A DNA stretch of 32,069 nt from Phoronis australis (taxonomy: Eukaryota > Animalia > Phoronida): NCBI GenBank assembly GCA_002633005.1, contig NMRA01000637.1, positions 95,084 through 127,152 of the forward strand, written 5' to 3'. A program made the position numbers and the translations under genes. The notes under the pieces are model-generated. The model searched no databases. It saw only the letters and a list, made by a program, of their open reading frames with translations, and was not told the DNA's origin. Each line of letters starts with the position of its first letter. Positions within the stretch are counted from its first letter, which is position 1. Shown here one piece after another: positions 1 to 12,540 of the stretch.

Positions 1-981
1 GTCCAACGATGCAAGGATGTTCGCCACAGTCGAGAACTGTTGAGTTGATTCTGAAGGATTTGAACTTTCAATGAGTTGCTTGGCGTATCTCAATGTACTC
101 ATCAGAGACTGTCGACTTTGCACAGCCGCCTCGCAAGCGGCTTGAGTTTGTTTTTGGGCCCAGTGGAAATGTTCGTTAAGTTGAGTGATCGCTTCACCCT
201 TCTTTATTTCAACCCTGTCCTTGAAGTCATCATGAATCTTGCAGAGTTCGTCAATCTTTTGAGCTAACATTTCTTGAGTTAGCTCTTCACGAACATTTCT
301 GCGTGCGTCTTCCACAATCTGTGCATGATCGACTGCGTCTACCCAGGGCTCAATCAAACCTTGGAGCATTTTGACTACTTCCTTTGCCGCCTCGTCAAGG
401 TTTTTCATTTTGTGTTGGTCGTGGTCTAGCTTTGTACATAACATACATATGGGTATTTTGCAGTTTTCACAATAAATTTCCAGCAACTTGTCCGTGTGTT
501 TTAAACAATACGTCTTCTGACATCGACGCATTGTTTCAAAATGAACGCCAGCAACGACTTCATCCAAACTGACCACTTTGTGGGTTAAAGTTAATCTAGT
601 CTGAGGGTGATCTTTACCACACTTTTTACATAAGTGTTGAGCACACTGTATGCACATGGACTCAGCTTCGACTGTGGATCCTTTATGATGACATACAACA
701 CAGAAGATGTTGGAAGTTTTAGGAAGACAGATATCCATGTTATGAAGGAAATGATTGAAAGGGAAACCAACAGCGCCATCTTTTGGAGGATTTATAATTC
801 TCTTGCATATGGGACACGAGAATTTGTCGTTTTTTCCTTCTTTATCCATATACGTCTGAATACACCCCTCACAAAATGTATGTACACATGGGAGCAGGCG
901 GGGAGTCTTCTGGCGCTCCAAACAAATGGGGCATTCGAGCATGCGCCGCATTTCCTCTGCGTCTTTGGAGCTGATGGCCAT
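1..981 (-). CDS. TRIM/RBCC E3 ubiquitin ligase (RING, two B-boxes, coiled coil; TRIM56/TRIM45-like), copy 1, 3' end outside window
   Basis: My translation from ATG 981 gives 327 codons with no stop to base 1. RING C3HC4: CPICLERQKTPRLLPCVHTFCEGC...CPIC. B-box1: CVVC...CIQCAQHLCKKC..DH....H. B-box2: CLKHTDKLLEIYCENCKIPICMLCTKLDHDQH. A helical coiled-coil segment follows. Splice acceptor (cttttcAG on minus) at 1003-1004. Confidence 0.95.
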   Translation of the reverse strand, partial: MAISSKDAEEMRRMLECPICLERQKTPRLLPCVHTFCEGCIQTYMDKEGKNDKFSCPICKRIINPPKDGAVGFPFNHFLHNMDICLPKTSNIFCVVCHHKGSTVEAESMCIQCAQHLCKKCGKDHPQTRLTLTHKVVSLDEVVAGVHFETMRRCQKTYCLKHTDKLLEIYCENCKIPICMLCTKLDHDQHKMKNLDEAAKEVVKMLQGLIEPWVDAVDHAQIVEDARRNVREELTQEMLAQKIDELCKIHDDFKDRVEIKKGEAITQLNEHFHWAQKQTQAACEAAVQSRQSLMSTLRYAKQLIESSNPSESTQQFSTVANILASLD

Positions 982-1710
982 ACCTGGTGGAGTGGAGAAT
1001 AACTGAAAAGAACGTGTAGATTTCGTTTAATAGTAAAATCTACGTTATTTTTTAATACATAGTTACTTTTTGTATGAGCACAAAGAGGGATGGTCACACG
1101 CAGGCTACTCCCAATGGGTGCTTGCACATTTTCCAGTTTTACAAACTAGAGCTGATGGAATGGACCTCTTCCGCTTGAGGGCGGGGTTAACGTCCAGCGT
1201 AGGGTACAGAAAAATCAAGATTTTGGGAAGGGTTTTTCTGGGAGGAGTACTTTTAATGTTTATTGCGAAACTTTAACGCAAAATATAACAGTTAAGTCCA
1301 GAAAGCGCTAAAACGCATTGTATCTGGGCATCAAAATATTACAAATATACAAATATACATACACTTTACATGTATATGCATCAGCGAACAGGAATCGAAT
1401 GAAACAGTCTCACAAAAACGACGCTTTGTATGTTTTTGATAGTGTTGATAATTTTAGAAAAATTCAAATGAAATCTTGAAATTTCGGTTCTTGTTAGACC
1501 GTATTCATATATTAAATATAACAAAAATATACTGATTTACGAACTTTAAGAAAAACTGTAGTTGAACCATACATAACATTTAGTTTGCCACGAGTTTTTA
1601 TCCAAACTTTCTCGATATTTCGTTTTTTAAACCGCAGTTTATTATCTGAGAGCGGCGGACGTTTGAAAATTGACAATGTTGATAACACATGCTATTTTTT
1701 TCTGCACGAG

Positions 1711-1789
1711 GTGCTGTGTTGAAGACGAAGATGCTGTGTTGAAGACGAAGGTGCTGTGTTGAAGACGAAGGTGCTGTGTTGAAGACGAA
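1711..1789. repeat. 20-bp minisatellite, 4 copies, in TRIM copy 1 intron
   Basis: gtgctgtgttgaagacgaag repeated head to tail at 1711, 1731, 1751 and 1771 with no spacers. Confidence 0.95.
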
Positions 1790-3399
1790 TCGCACTTTGA
1801 TCTCACTTGTGATGGATTACATGATATCAGGAAGATGTACGCATCGTATGAGTTTGGTAACTTTAATCCATATGATGGTACATGCAAACTGTAAAAGTGC
1901 CTGGGTAAGTAATGAACATTTTAAGGCACTTAAAAGGAAAGGTTGTGCAGAGAAACGTTGAATGCTTAAGGTTTATGAGATTGAATGGTATTAATTACAC
2001 TGTGGCGCCCTCTGGTCTTTTACACAACGGAAATGAAAACATCACGAGAAAAAGTCATAAGAAAAGAATTGACGATCACGTGGTGCGTGATTTGTTGTAG
2101 TAATTTCATTAAAATAACTAGTTGCTGTTAAGATCTGCTTTGTTCGTAAGGAAGAATGGGCTTTGACTACACAAACAAAACACCTTTTATTCATATCGAA
2201 ACCGATACCAGGAAATGACGAGTCTTGTCTTCGTAGGTCAATCCATCGCGATTATCAAACATGTAAAATACTATGATAATAATTCAAAAATAGCTGGGAA
2301 TTTCATTCGTCACACTTTAGAACGAATAGAATTTGCTGTGCAACACATCTTCTGTCAGTATTTTGATGGTACATGTAGGCCTAGTGCTCTCAAAGTGATT
2401 CGTACATAACCCTTGCGACTGGAGGTGTCAATTTTTATTATGGTGTATTCAATGCAATGTTCCAATAGTTGCATGCTCTGAATCTACTGTTCGCCACTAC
2501 ACCAAACTACATTCCGAAATGTACAACATATGTTCTCTTTGCAAATGGTGACTAAAATAAATGATTATTCATTGATGGATCAAAGCATCAAAACAGGAAT
2601 TTAGAGACGAGGTCACAGAATCGTTTCCACTTCCTCTAGAAGTAATTTTTACATGAAATTTGAACATTAAACTCCATTCGCTCAGATATTCAAAACTAAT
2701 CCGACTATGATTGCATTCCAGCAGCAAATATATAGTCAAACATCTATATCTTCGTTTGGCCAGGTATCATTGCGCCTATCATAAATACGCACTGTGCAAT
2801 ACGGCTCCTTGGCGCTTTCTGAGCTGTCGTCATTTATTGCATGTGTACAGGTGAACCAAATTTTTAACAATCTGTATAATAGACACGCAGTGCTAGTGTC
2901 AAGAAATCAAGCGATTCAGGTCACAGTTAAGAAAAGCAAGTAGGACATATTCAACGGAGTGCTTAAGCGAATATGTATCAGGACTGTGGCTGATTACTGA
3001 ACAATACAAAAACGCGGCCTAAGGAATGCCGTAAATTTTGTGCCGGGTTATCTGTTAAGTGAAACTTACTTCAGCTAAGGGTCACGCAAAAAAGGCGGTG
3101 CTCATATCATCGCCATAGGGGTCGCTCCAATGAGTTTTGGGGCGGAGGGGGCGACGGGGACGACGGGGGAAGGGGAGGCGAAACCTTAAAATGCAACGGG
3201 GAGTGTGGATGTTACGGAGATTGGCAATGGTGTCATTGAGAGGAGTGCATATGAGTAACTCGAACACTGTGGGACCGAGGGGATCGATTAAGCCTAAGTT
3301 TAATCCTACACTGTTTAAATTCATAACTGTTATCATTTGCTCAGTAACGAAAAATTGTGACGCAAACGGCATAATGTTTTACAAACACTAGTTACAAAC

Positions 3400-3690
3400 C
3401 TGGGAATGGACCACTATACTGTAGGCGTGAGAAAAACGTCCATTCAGTTGCAGCGCGGTTCCTCGTCTGAAACAACGCTCGATTTGTCTTCACCTAGTCA
3501 ATAAAAAACCTCTTTGTGTCACGTGATGAAAGTGTTACTTTCTGCTTCAGGGAAGCATCCGGATATGTTCTGTAGACACAAAAATCTCGCAAAAACGCAT
3601 GACCACACCAACCTCCGAGATGTCGACATGCATTGTACACTAAGCATGAAACATGAAACTGACCTTGATTCGCGATGGGTGACTTGTGTC
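3400..3690 (-). promoter_or_regulatory. Putative non-coding exon 1 and promoter of TRIM copy 1
   Basis: Donor cag|GTttgt at 3399-3398 on minus. Conserved block ggttcctcgtctgaaaca. GTCACGTGA E-box at 3518-3526. Homologous blocks at about 12362 and 26678. Confidence 0.6.
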
Positions 3691-3723
3691 AACATAGCTC
3701 AATCCCGGTTTTCCTACGTTCGA

Positions 3724-3976
3724 NNNNNNNNNNNNNNNNNNNNNNNNNNNNNNNNNNNNNNNNNNNNNNNNNNNNNNNNNNNNNNNNNNNNNNNNNNNNN
3801 NNNNNNNNNNNNNNNNNNNNNNNNNNNNNNNNNNNNNNNNNNNNNNNNNNNNNNNNNNNNNNNNNNNNNNNNNNNNNNNNNNNNNNNNNNNNNNNNNNNN
3901 NNNNNNNNNNNNNNNNNNNNNNNNNNNNNNNNNNNNNNNNNNNNNNNNNNNNNNNNNNNNNNNNNNNNNNNNNNNN
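3724..3976. other. Assembly gap (253 N)
   Basis: Run of N; ORFs spanning it are artefacts. Confidence 0.99.
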
Positions 3977-4059
3977 ACAATGCATCGGCCCTGAACAGAC
4001 CCCGTTTGCCGTTTTTTTGTTTCTTTGTTTTTGTTTTTAGTCAACAGGACTGAAAATCC

Positions 4060-4170
4060 AAATTTGGAAGCCCCTGCATCCCCACATTTTAGGCTGGCCG
4101 CGCGCATCTGCCGAAATTTTCGTTATTCCTGTGCGCTCCCCCCAACTCAAAATACTGGATCAGCCCCTGG
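4060..4170. mobile_element. Fragment (one end) of a short CAGGGG-terminal non-autonomous DNA transposon
   Basis: Ends ctggatcagcccctg, the reverse complement of caggggctgatccag. Resembles the terminus cagtggcggatctag at 31850. Confidence 0.4.
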
Positions 4171-6701
4171 TCATTTACCCTTATTATGAGTTTGTTTCAT
4201 AAAAACGACCCCAAGTGCTGCAAACTGCTAGCGAACACTTCAGTATAGTTTTGGTTAACTCAAAGCTCTACTAAAGCGCCAGCAAAAATGACCTTTGGGA
4301 CCGCTCACATGAATGACGCTTTTGATGCTAGCGAAGCCTTAGTGTACATGTAAGCGAACACGGTTCGTAGCGTTTTTACCAATAAAACTGCTAGCTTTTC
4401 TTTACTCACATGAACCTAACTTTAAAAATTTTACACTTTTGCTTAAATGAGATATCATTATTTTTCCGCAATAGTTGTGTGGAATATAAGACTAAATTGA
4501 TGACTTAAAAGTCTAAATGGCTTATCATAAAATAGACCAATACAATATTGAGCAATACAATATGAAATGTCTACCCACGAACCAATTCTGTACGGGCTTT
4601 ACTTTGTTAACACATTCTCACATTTCAAAGTTTTTGTTTGAATCGGAAGTACTGCAGTTAACCTATACAATGAAAACGAAAACCAATTAATATACTGAGA
4701 AAGTGTGTTAAGGCTGCCGTGACAATACTGCTGAACTCACTTGGCGCTCGACAATACAGTTCAGTTATGCTGTCGTGATCCAGTGAACACGAATATTGAT
4801 AAAGTATCGATCATCAAAAGTTTTTGTTTTGAATAATGTATGTCGTGAGTTCAATTATAACATTTTCACCGAATCCTTAATAAGCATTGTCAATATGTTA
4901 GAGAAGGGACTATACACATTTCTAGGAATGCAATTCGATTCGTTTCATTTTAAGAGCAATTCGAGTACTATCGATTCTATTCTTGTTCGTCAAATCAATT
5001 ACAATTTCTCAAATATAAAAACTTATCTCACCATTTGTACCAATTTTAGCAACTTAACTGATAGGTATGGTGAGTTCAATATCTCTTCAAAAGATAAAAA
5101 TAAGGCGTAATTTTTGGAAGTCAACTGAGGCCAAAAATTGGAATGGAAATGGGCATTGGCGAATCGATCTCTGAATCGGTCACTCCCGCATCACGATTCG
5201 ATAATAATTGGACTAATTGCCTCGCCCTTACAAAACTGTCCACGTATGCGTGACTTCATGAACACGAGAATTGATAGACACTGTCGAAGCCAGTAGTTAA
5301 CGGGGTACAAACACGAAATTGTTGGCAACCGGGGGAGTTTTGAAATGAGTGGCAACCCGGGGGCACATTGCAATGAACGTCGGGAAGCAAACTCAAAACT
5401 GAAGTGATTTTAGACCGGGGAGTTTTTTGCAATGAAGAGGTGGATAAAAATTACATTATACTGTGCAAAAAAGACAATCTCGATTTGATTTAATGTTTTT
5501 CAAATAATTTGGTGAAAATCATCGGTAGAGCAACCGTGGGAGGTTAAGTAACACGAGAAGTGCGGTGTTAGGAGATCAGAATCAAGGCGAATTTAAACTC
5601 ACTACCGCAGCGGTCGTAGTGTAGCGCATTGCTAGCGGATGTGAAACCTACTCAATAGCATAATATTTGAAACTTTACAGTAGTCGGCTATAATAAAGTA
5701 CAAACAATATGCGTAAAGGTGAACAGATGTTTGACGAGAATGCGTTTTTCAGCTCCTTTTGTTTGCGCAAAAAATTGAAAGTTCAATAATCCTCGACTTC
5801 CCGTGTATTGAGTCACGTGACTTTCAGGTGTCTCACTCTCACGCTCGCCGGGTAAATGATTTTAAAGTTCTGGGCCTGATGTCCACCAGTGCAGAACTCT
5901 GGATAGAATTACACCCCAAAATTGCATATTATTAGGTAAGCCGCTATAATTATGATGTTATCGGGTGTTCAAAGCGGATTTGCCAAGTGGGCGAGATCAT
6001 TCGAAAGTTTCGAGACTCATCGAGGAATTTAATTTGACTTTTCGTGCCATTGGGATTTCTAATGTTTTTTGTTTGTGCCCTCCATTTTTTAATTTTCTTT
6101 AACTGGATTTGGCTTTCGAAAACTAACGAAGTATTACTGCTTTGCTGCGAGCTGCAACTCCGACGGCAAAATGTTGGATAAATTTTGAGAAGTATTTTCC
6201 AGCATGATTCCTAGAATCAGTTCGACATTTCTGAAGTATAATAATGTGTTTTCCTGTCTCCGGAACAAAAGAGATTACAATCCAGGACCGAGATATTGTT
6301 TTCAATTTCCTCACGGACAAGTTCATTCTTGGCGCTTTAGGTAAATAGGTGAATGTTACGCAAGTAAATTAAGCGACCATTGTTAAAGGCGCAAACTACA
6401 CTGTATTTCTTAAGAGCGTCATTTAAAATCTATTTACGAGTGTAAGTAAATAATTTACATGCTTTAATTAATGACGTAATAAATAATTTGTCCAGCTAAT
6501 ACATGTTTAAGCTATTAAGAATTCATTTACTTACCTAAATTGTAATTCACTGTCTGAAAAACTCAGCATTTACTGTGATCATGAGTTCAATTAAACCCAA
6601 TGAGCTCATATCTGCAACAACTATTGCTTTTGAGAAGTTCCAAATATAGGCCCATGGGCAGATATTGGAATAACGACCTGTCAAATGAAACCGAATTTAC
6701 A

Positions 6702-6975
6702 CCCGGGCGGATTTTCGGATAGGGGATCGTATTTTCGGAAACTGTGAAATTATAACTAATATACTGTACTAATACGGTTAGCTACTGACAAAGCCACCCA
6801 ATATCATGACTGTGTGATTTTTTAATCAAATCGCGATCCCAATATATAAATGCCTTGCCAAAACAAACAAAAATTTTACAATTCCTTTGAATATTGTATA
6901 TATTTTAAAAAACCAAAAGTACGTCCATGGGCTTACTTTTGGGAGGTCGAGGACCTCTTTCCGGAAATTCCCGGT
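6702..6975. mobile_element. Possible degenerate MITE
   Basis: Imperfect TIRs: ccgggcggattttcggataggggatc on the left versus ccgggaatttccggaaagaggtcc (reverse complement of the right end). Confidence 0.35.
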
Positions 6976-9522
6976 ATAAAAAAGAATGTTGATTACTTTT
7001 AGGTCATTTAGTTTTCAAAGAGAACCAAAGTTCAGGCTTATGTGTTTATATGCCCGAAGCCAATGCGAGAAACTCTTACATAGATACGAACACTATGTTG
7101 GTAAAAACTAGTGTTATATTGTAGCAAATAACATGTTGTAATTATGCAATTATTAAACAAGAAAATTATGTAGAACACTTTTGCGAGACTTCAGTAATTC
7201 AAAATTCAAAGCAGGCTTGATGGACTGGCGTCTAGGAGCAGGAATTGGTTGGCTGGTGAACAATGTTCCACGACAAAATATTCATAAAACGTGAAACATA
7301 TTAAGGTTGTATAGAGGGAAGTTTTTTAACAAATGTGAACAAATTCAGTAGGTATGACACACCCGCCAGTGGTACCTTCTCTTGCAATAAACCCAGCTGC
7401 CTCACTTGACAGCACATTCGAAATGAGGTTGAAATTCAACACCCTTGTAGTAAAAAATCAATGGTCAGACATAAATTTACGAGTAAGTCTTAAGGCATTA
7501 CATGCGTTGTTCGTTGCAGTCTCTGTCTTCGTGCCTAGCACAAACATGTTAGTAAGACCGATTGTCTTCTCAACACACTTCTCAATGGACACCATAAAAT
7601 TATCCTCCACGGTTCACCGCTTGCTGTGAATTTTCACGTTACACGCCCACAGTAGCGATAAACTCACGGTATTTGTATTTATGTGCAATCTTGATCACAC
7701 CCACACTAAGAGATCGATAGACATCTCAATGATTTTGTTTTTTTTTTAACCAACAAGAACAGCTGTCTTAATAATAATAAGACATTGACCACACGAGCCA
7801 CTACTTTTAACCATTTCCGTTTCCTCTCTTCCATTTTCTCTCGTTACATCCCTTCGCGCCAGTTACCTTCATACCTTATGAAAAGCCGTACTCACGAGGC
7901 TCAAAAGTGTTTTTAGCAAATGTTTTTACCCGATTTTTAACTAAATTTATTTTACCCGTTTCTAGATTATAATTGGTACTGCTTGCAAATACCCTCAACA
8001 TTTGCAAGAGACGAGTCAACTGCTTTTTGGAAACGTGTTATTTGTCAATTACAATTTGAGGTAGGAAACTCACCCGAAATGAACTTAGAAGACTACGAAA
8101 TTTTATCGAAATACTGAGGACTGCTCCCCTTTGCCTGCACATTTACACGGACAAACGATGATTACTACAGCATAGTATACTGGCACAGGTATATCCAATT
8201 TCTAGGTTTTTCACATAACATGCCCACTCTTTGAACAACACTTCGTGGTTTCAGAACGAAAAATCTTTCATTGTAGTCCTTATTTGGCCCATCGAAAATG
8301 ATCAAGTTCGTGTATACATAGTCAGGGCACATAAAGCAGGTGATGTTTACTGTCAACCTGTGTCTTTCAGTTCAACTTTGGAAAACTATCCGTTCCCTCA
8401 ACTGGCATATTGACTACTCCGAGTTGCGACATTTTACTAGTTATATAATATAATGCACCTGTTCTATTCGCGTCAAGGGATTTGTGTTCAGTTGATGTCG
8501 AATACGCTCATGTTGTGCTCAAACGGCTGGACATTATGCGGCGCGTTATCTCAAACATAGCGTTGATTTTCATAATCATCATAGTCACGGTATTTTCAGT
8601 GGCTGATGCCTTTGAAGTGCTGACATCAACGCAATTAACCATGCCATTTCCTTTTTGTTCACTTACTCTAGTTAAGAACAATCCTATCAAGCGAAAAACA
8701 CCCCTAAAATAGAAAGTTTTCCAAATTACAAAACTAGATTTCTCTGTTAATTATTTTCACGGATTTTGTTACATCACTGTTTCTGAAAGCACCACCAGTG
8801 AAGTTCAAGGTGATCATCTGCAGAGTATATTTTAATAATGCATTAAATTAAATAAAATGATTCTTTAATAATCACGCCATGTTCAAAGAAATTACTTGAG
8901 AATAAGATGTGACTGAATTCGCTCGAGTAAAAGTTGAGTTTATGGAGATTTTACATGAAATGAAGAAAATTTTCTTTAAATATTACGAAAACGTCCGACT
9001 CGCTATTTAATCTGTGTTTAGGTACTAAAATGACATTCTTTACAAAGCAATACCATCATCGTAGTGTTGTTCTTTAGAACTGAATTCAAATTGAAAGACG
9101 CTCATTTTTTTGGCGGCTGAACTCAACTCAGTCCCCGTGATATCCAAACTTCGTGAGCGTGTTGTCAAGCAATAACGAATTACCAGTTGTTTATAAGTTT
9201 ATAAATGATTTCTATTCTGAGAAACGAATTAAGTGATTTAAATGTTTGAGAGAAGTGCATGTTTGTTGCCTATTCGAAAACAAATTCAAAACCTTGCATG
9301 CATTTGCACGGCACTATTAGGTAAGAGTGCAGTTTAAAACAACTATTTCCAGTAACTGTCATGGACGTTTTAGTAATGCGTTTCCAAAGAGCAATATATT
9401 TAAGCCGCCGGAACGACATTTACGCACCAAAACAAGTCAAATAAGGACGTGTAACAAACCAATTGCATTGATTGTATTAAGTGATCTAGTTACAAGTTAC
9501 AAACACAAACACAAACTATATN

Positions 9523-9790
9523 CTGTTTTGGGAACGCAGTCATTCATGTGATACAGGAAATGGTTGAAAGGGAAACCAGCAGCGCCATCTTTAGGAATGT
9601 TTATAACTCTCTTGCATCTGGGACATGAGAACTCGCCATTTTTTCCTCGTTTGTCCATAAACGTCTGAATACACCCCTCACAAAATGTATGTACACACGG
9701 TAGCAGGCGGGGAGTCTTCTGGCGCTCCAAACAAATGGGGCATTCGAGCATGCGCCTCATTTCCTCTGCGTCTTTGGAGCTGATGGCCAT
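9523..9790 (-). CDS. TRIM/RBCC E3 ligase copy 2, RING portion only, truncated at a single-N contig join
   Basis: MAISSKDAEEMRRMLECPICLERQKTPRLLPCVHTFCEGC...CPRC. 76 of 89 aa identical to copy 1. Same acceptor context (AG at 9813-9812). Homology ends exactly at N 9522. Confidence 0.9.
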
Positions 9791-12361
9791 ATCTGGAGGA
9801 GTGGAGCATAACTGAAAAGAACGATGAGAGTGCACTTAGTTAAAAAATCGATGTTCTTATTTTCCTTTCAGTATGAGGGTAAGGTTAACGACAAATACAC
9901 GTAGAGGGCATCACATTGCTTTTCAAAACTTGGGCTTTGTATGCCTTTGAAAATGTTGATAATTAGACAAAACAAAACACGTAAACGTTATTGTAGCTTC
10001 TATTAGATCGTGACTGAAGTCACGACAAAGTAACGTTGCTGTCGTTGGCCAAAGAGGTTTAGGGCTAGTGGCAAATACTGAGATAAGTTAAATATTTGGT
10101 ATCATATTCTGATAAGCAAAATAATGATTCACCTATAAAAACTGACTTCGAAACTATATTCCAACAACATCATATCAGTAGCTCTACTCACGCGCACGTT
10201 ATTCCTCTCTCACGGACGCATAACTGTTTCAACTTCCAACAACTGTACACCCTACACATGAACTCTGCTCTCGCACAGTATTCCTAACACCCGAAAGCTA
10301 TTCAATGTAACCCGCACACGCTCCCCAAGTGTCAGGTGACTTATTACATATTGAACATGTAATGAGTTACCCAGCACACGAACAAAGTGTTTTACACATA
10401 AAAATAAGAAATTTCAACATCATGTCAACAACCTCCTATGTACTCTTCTCACGCACACGCTATTAGCCTCTCACAAATGAACATTCCAACATCCCCCACC
10501 TTTCATCGCGTACCCCAGACTGTAGCATTACTTGCACTCTGACCAACCCTGCTCCCGCACACTATCCTTAACACACGGTAACTATTCAACAAAACCCCTC
10601 AATCTCCCAGTCCACTTTGCCTACTCAGATATACATGTACAATCTATACTCTCAAAGATCCAGTGTGAATATTCTCTGGTTGTAAGCACATTCACACAAA
10701 TTCTCAATTATTCGTTATAAACAGAATCACTACACAACAACTGCCTGAAAACACTCCCAAAAGCAAATATTAATGTATTGATAATGTTTATTTGAGGGTG
10801 TTTAAACCCTCCCATCATCAGAAATGAAAGTACTCTCAAAGCTATCCCATAATCAAATTTGAGGTTATCTGAGGGCTTGGAAGGAATTGACTGTTCAATA
10901 TTGAAGTAAACGACTGCTTCTAAAAGTTGAGCAGTGAGATTATTTTGTGCTCCGAGCACTGTCTCAAGGAATAACGCAGAGTCTGTTGTTTGAAGCCCAG
11001 AAATCACTTCACGTCCCTCTAGGAACATGTTATGATAGTTTTTGCAGTAATGATCTGAATAAAGATCGCTCATTCAATTCGATGGAATGCCCGTTCATAC
11101 ATCTAAACGCTGCATCAGGTTATCAAAAATGACATTGAGGGGTTGCGATAAATCCTTGTTTCCGAAAGCCTTTTTTTCCAAGACTGAGAAATTGAATAAA
11201 TATTTTGATTGTTAAAAGAAAATGCTTGGCCGTGTACCAGCTGGACACAGAATTTTCTGCGATTTCATTTGACTGAAGCAGAACTGAATTTTGCGTAGGG
11301 ACTGCAATACCCAGAAACGGCTGACAACGGGTTAGAAATACATGACCAATCCCGGTTTAATTTTGTAGGATCGTTGAGTGCAAATAAACACGCTAACTGT
11401 CATTAGCACAAAACGATCTTCATAAGAACCACAAAACGGAAGAAGATTATAACAGAAGATTAGTAGCTTTATGTTTCCAAAAACACTCATGGCTGAAAAT
11501 GCTTTTTAACTCACTTCGCGCTCAACTAATTTTCGCTTTGCGATAAAAATTGTCTATCTTGGATATGGGGGGACAGTCCATGCATCGAAAAAACAAAGCA
11601 AGTTTTGACCATATCGAAACCGATACCATGCAGGAAATGATGAGTCATTCGTTTGGGGACTGACTTAATCATCGGTACTCTCAACATGTATTACAGGATG
11701 TGGAAACGAGTCTGTGACCGTGCATCTAAATTCCAACAAGACCCTCTAGGTTAAACTCCAGTCGGACGACTGGAGTTTGGACAGCTATACCCTATGTACA
11801 TGTAGTTTGACCGCAGGCTTGGTATTTGATAACTCAGGGGCGTGTGATTGGGGGATCGAAGCTGGAATTTAGCAGAAAATTCATGGAATTGTTTCCACTC
11901 CCTGCATGACTGAAGAATCTTGCATGAAGCTTGAAAATAACCCCGTTACGACTGTTTTTGAACATTGCACATCACAACCTACGTAACCATTCAGTTGTAT
12001 ATATTGTGGAAATCCTACATACGCTCTAAGGGTGCAAACGTTTTGCCAAGTTCACCAAAATCAAAAAGAACAAAACAAAACAAAAATGTTGAATTGCCGA
12101 GTAATACTTTTATAAGCAAAACTAGCAGATTCAGATCACAGTTCACGAAAAGAAGCAATTACCGGAGGAGAGATTTCAAGGATTATTTTAGCGTCAATCG
12201 AACATTCTTAGGCTTTCCCTACATTGAGCGAACGATACAGACGGCCTAGACAATAAAATGAGTTTGCAATGCTCTCCTAAGTCAATAACTGACATCGCTT
12301 GCATGGTGACGAAAATTTGTGAGGCTAACGATAAAATGGTTTACAAAACGAATTCACAAAC

Positions 12362-12540
12362 CTGTGAATAGACAAATTTGCTGTAGCCTTGGAAAACACG
12401 TCTGCTGCAAAGCTGATTCGGTTCCTCGTCTGAAACAGCAACATCCAGCGTTTCTTTAGCTAACCAATCAGTAAAACCGCTTTGAGTCACGTGATAAATA
12501 GTCGTTTTGCGTTCACGACAAGGGAGTGACCGGTTTTCCC
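12362..12540 (-). promoter_or_regulatory. Putative non-coding exon 1 and promoter of TRIM copy 2
   Basis: Donor cag|GTttgt at 12361-12360, ggttcctcgtctgaaaca block, a CCAAT and GTCACGTGA at 12486-12494. Distance to the coding exon (about 2.5 kb) is similar to copy 1. Confidence 0.6.

Noticed and set aside
76-1127. Track ORFs at 76, 384, 591, 634 and 792
   Set aside because: Antisense or off-frame shadows of the TRIM coding exon.
1598-1961. Repetitive small ORFs and a possible CRISPR-like array
   Set aside because: They are translations of a 20-bp minisatellite. There are no unique spacers, no cas genes and the context is eukaryotic.
3514-4107. ORFs containing X runs
   Set aside because: They span the N gap.
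5812-5821. Perfect GTCACGTGAC palindrome
   Set aside because: Lacks the flanking homology of the triplicated promoter module; an isolated motif is not enough.
8536-8712. Signal-peptide-like small ORF (MRRVISNIALIFIIIIVTVFSVADA)
   Set aside because: Short, no recognisable mature domain, and hydrophobic runs arise easily in AT-rich DNA.
10708-11073. 121-aa minus-strand ORF in the copy 2 intron
   Set aside because: No recognisable motif and no counterpart in the copy 1 intron; may be a TE relic. Needs BLASTx.
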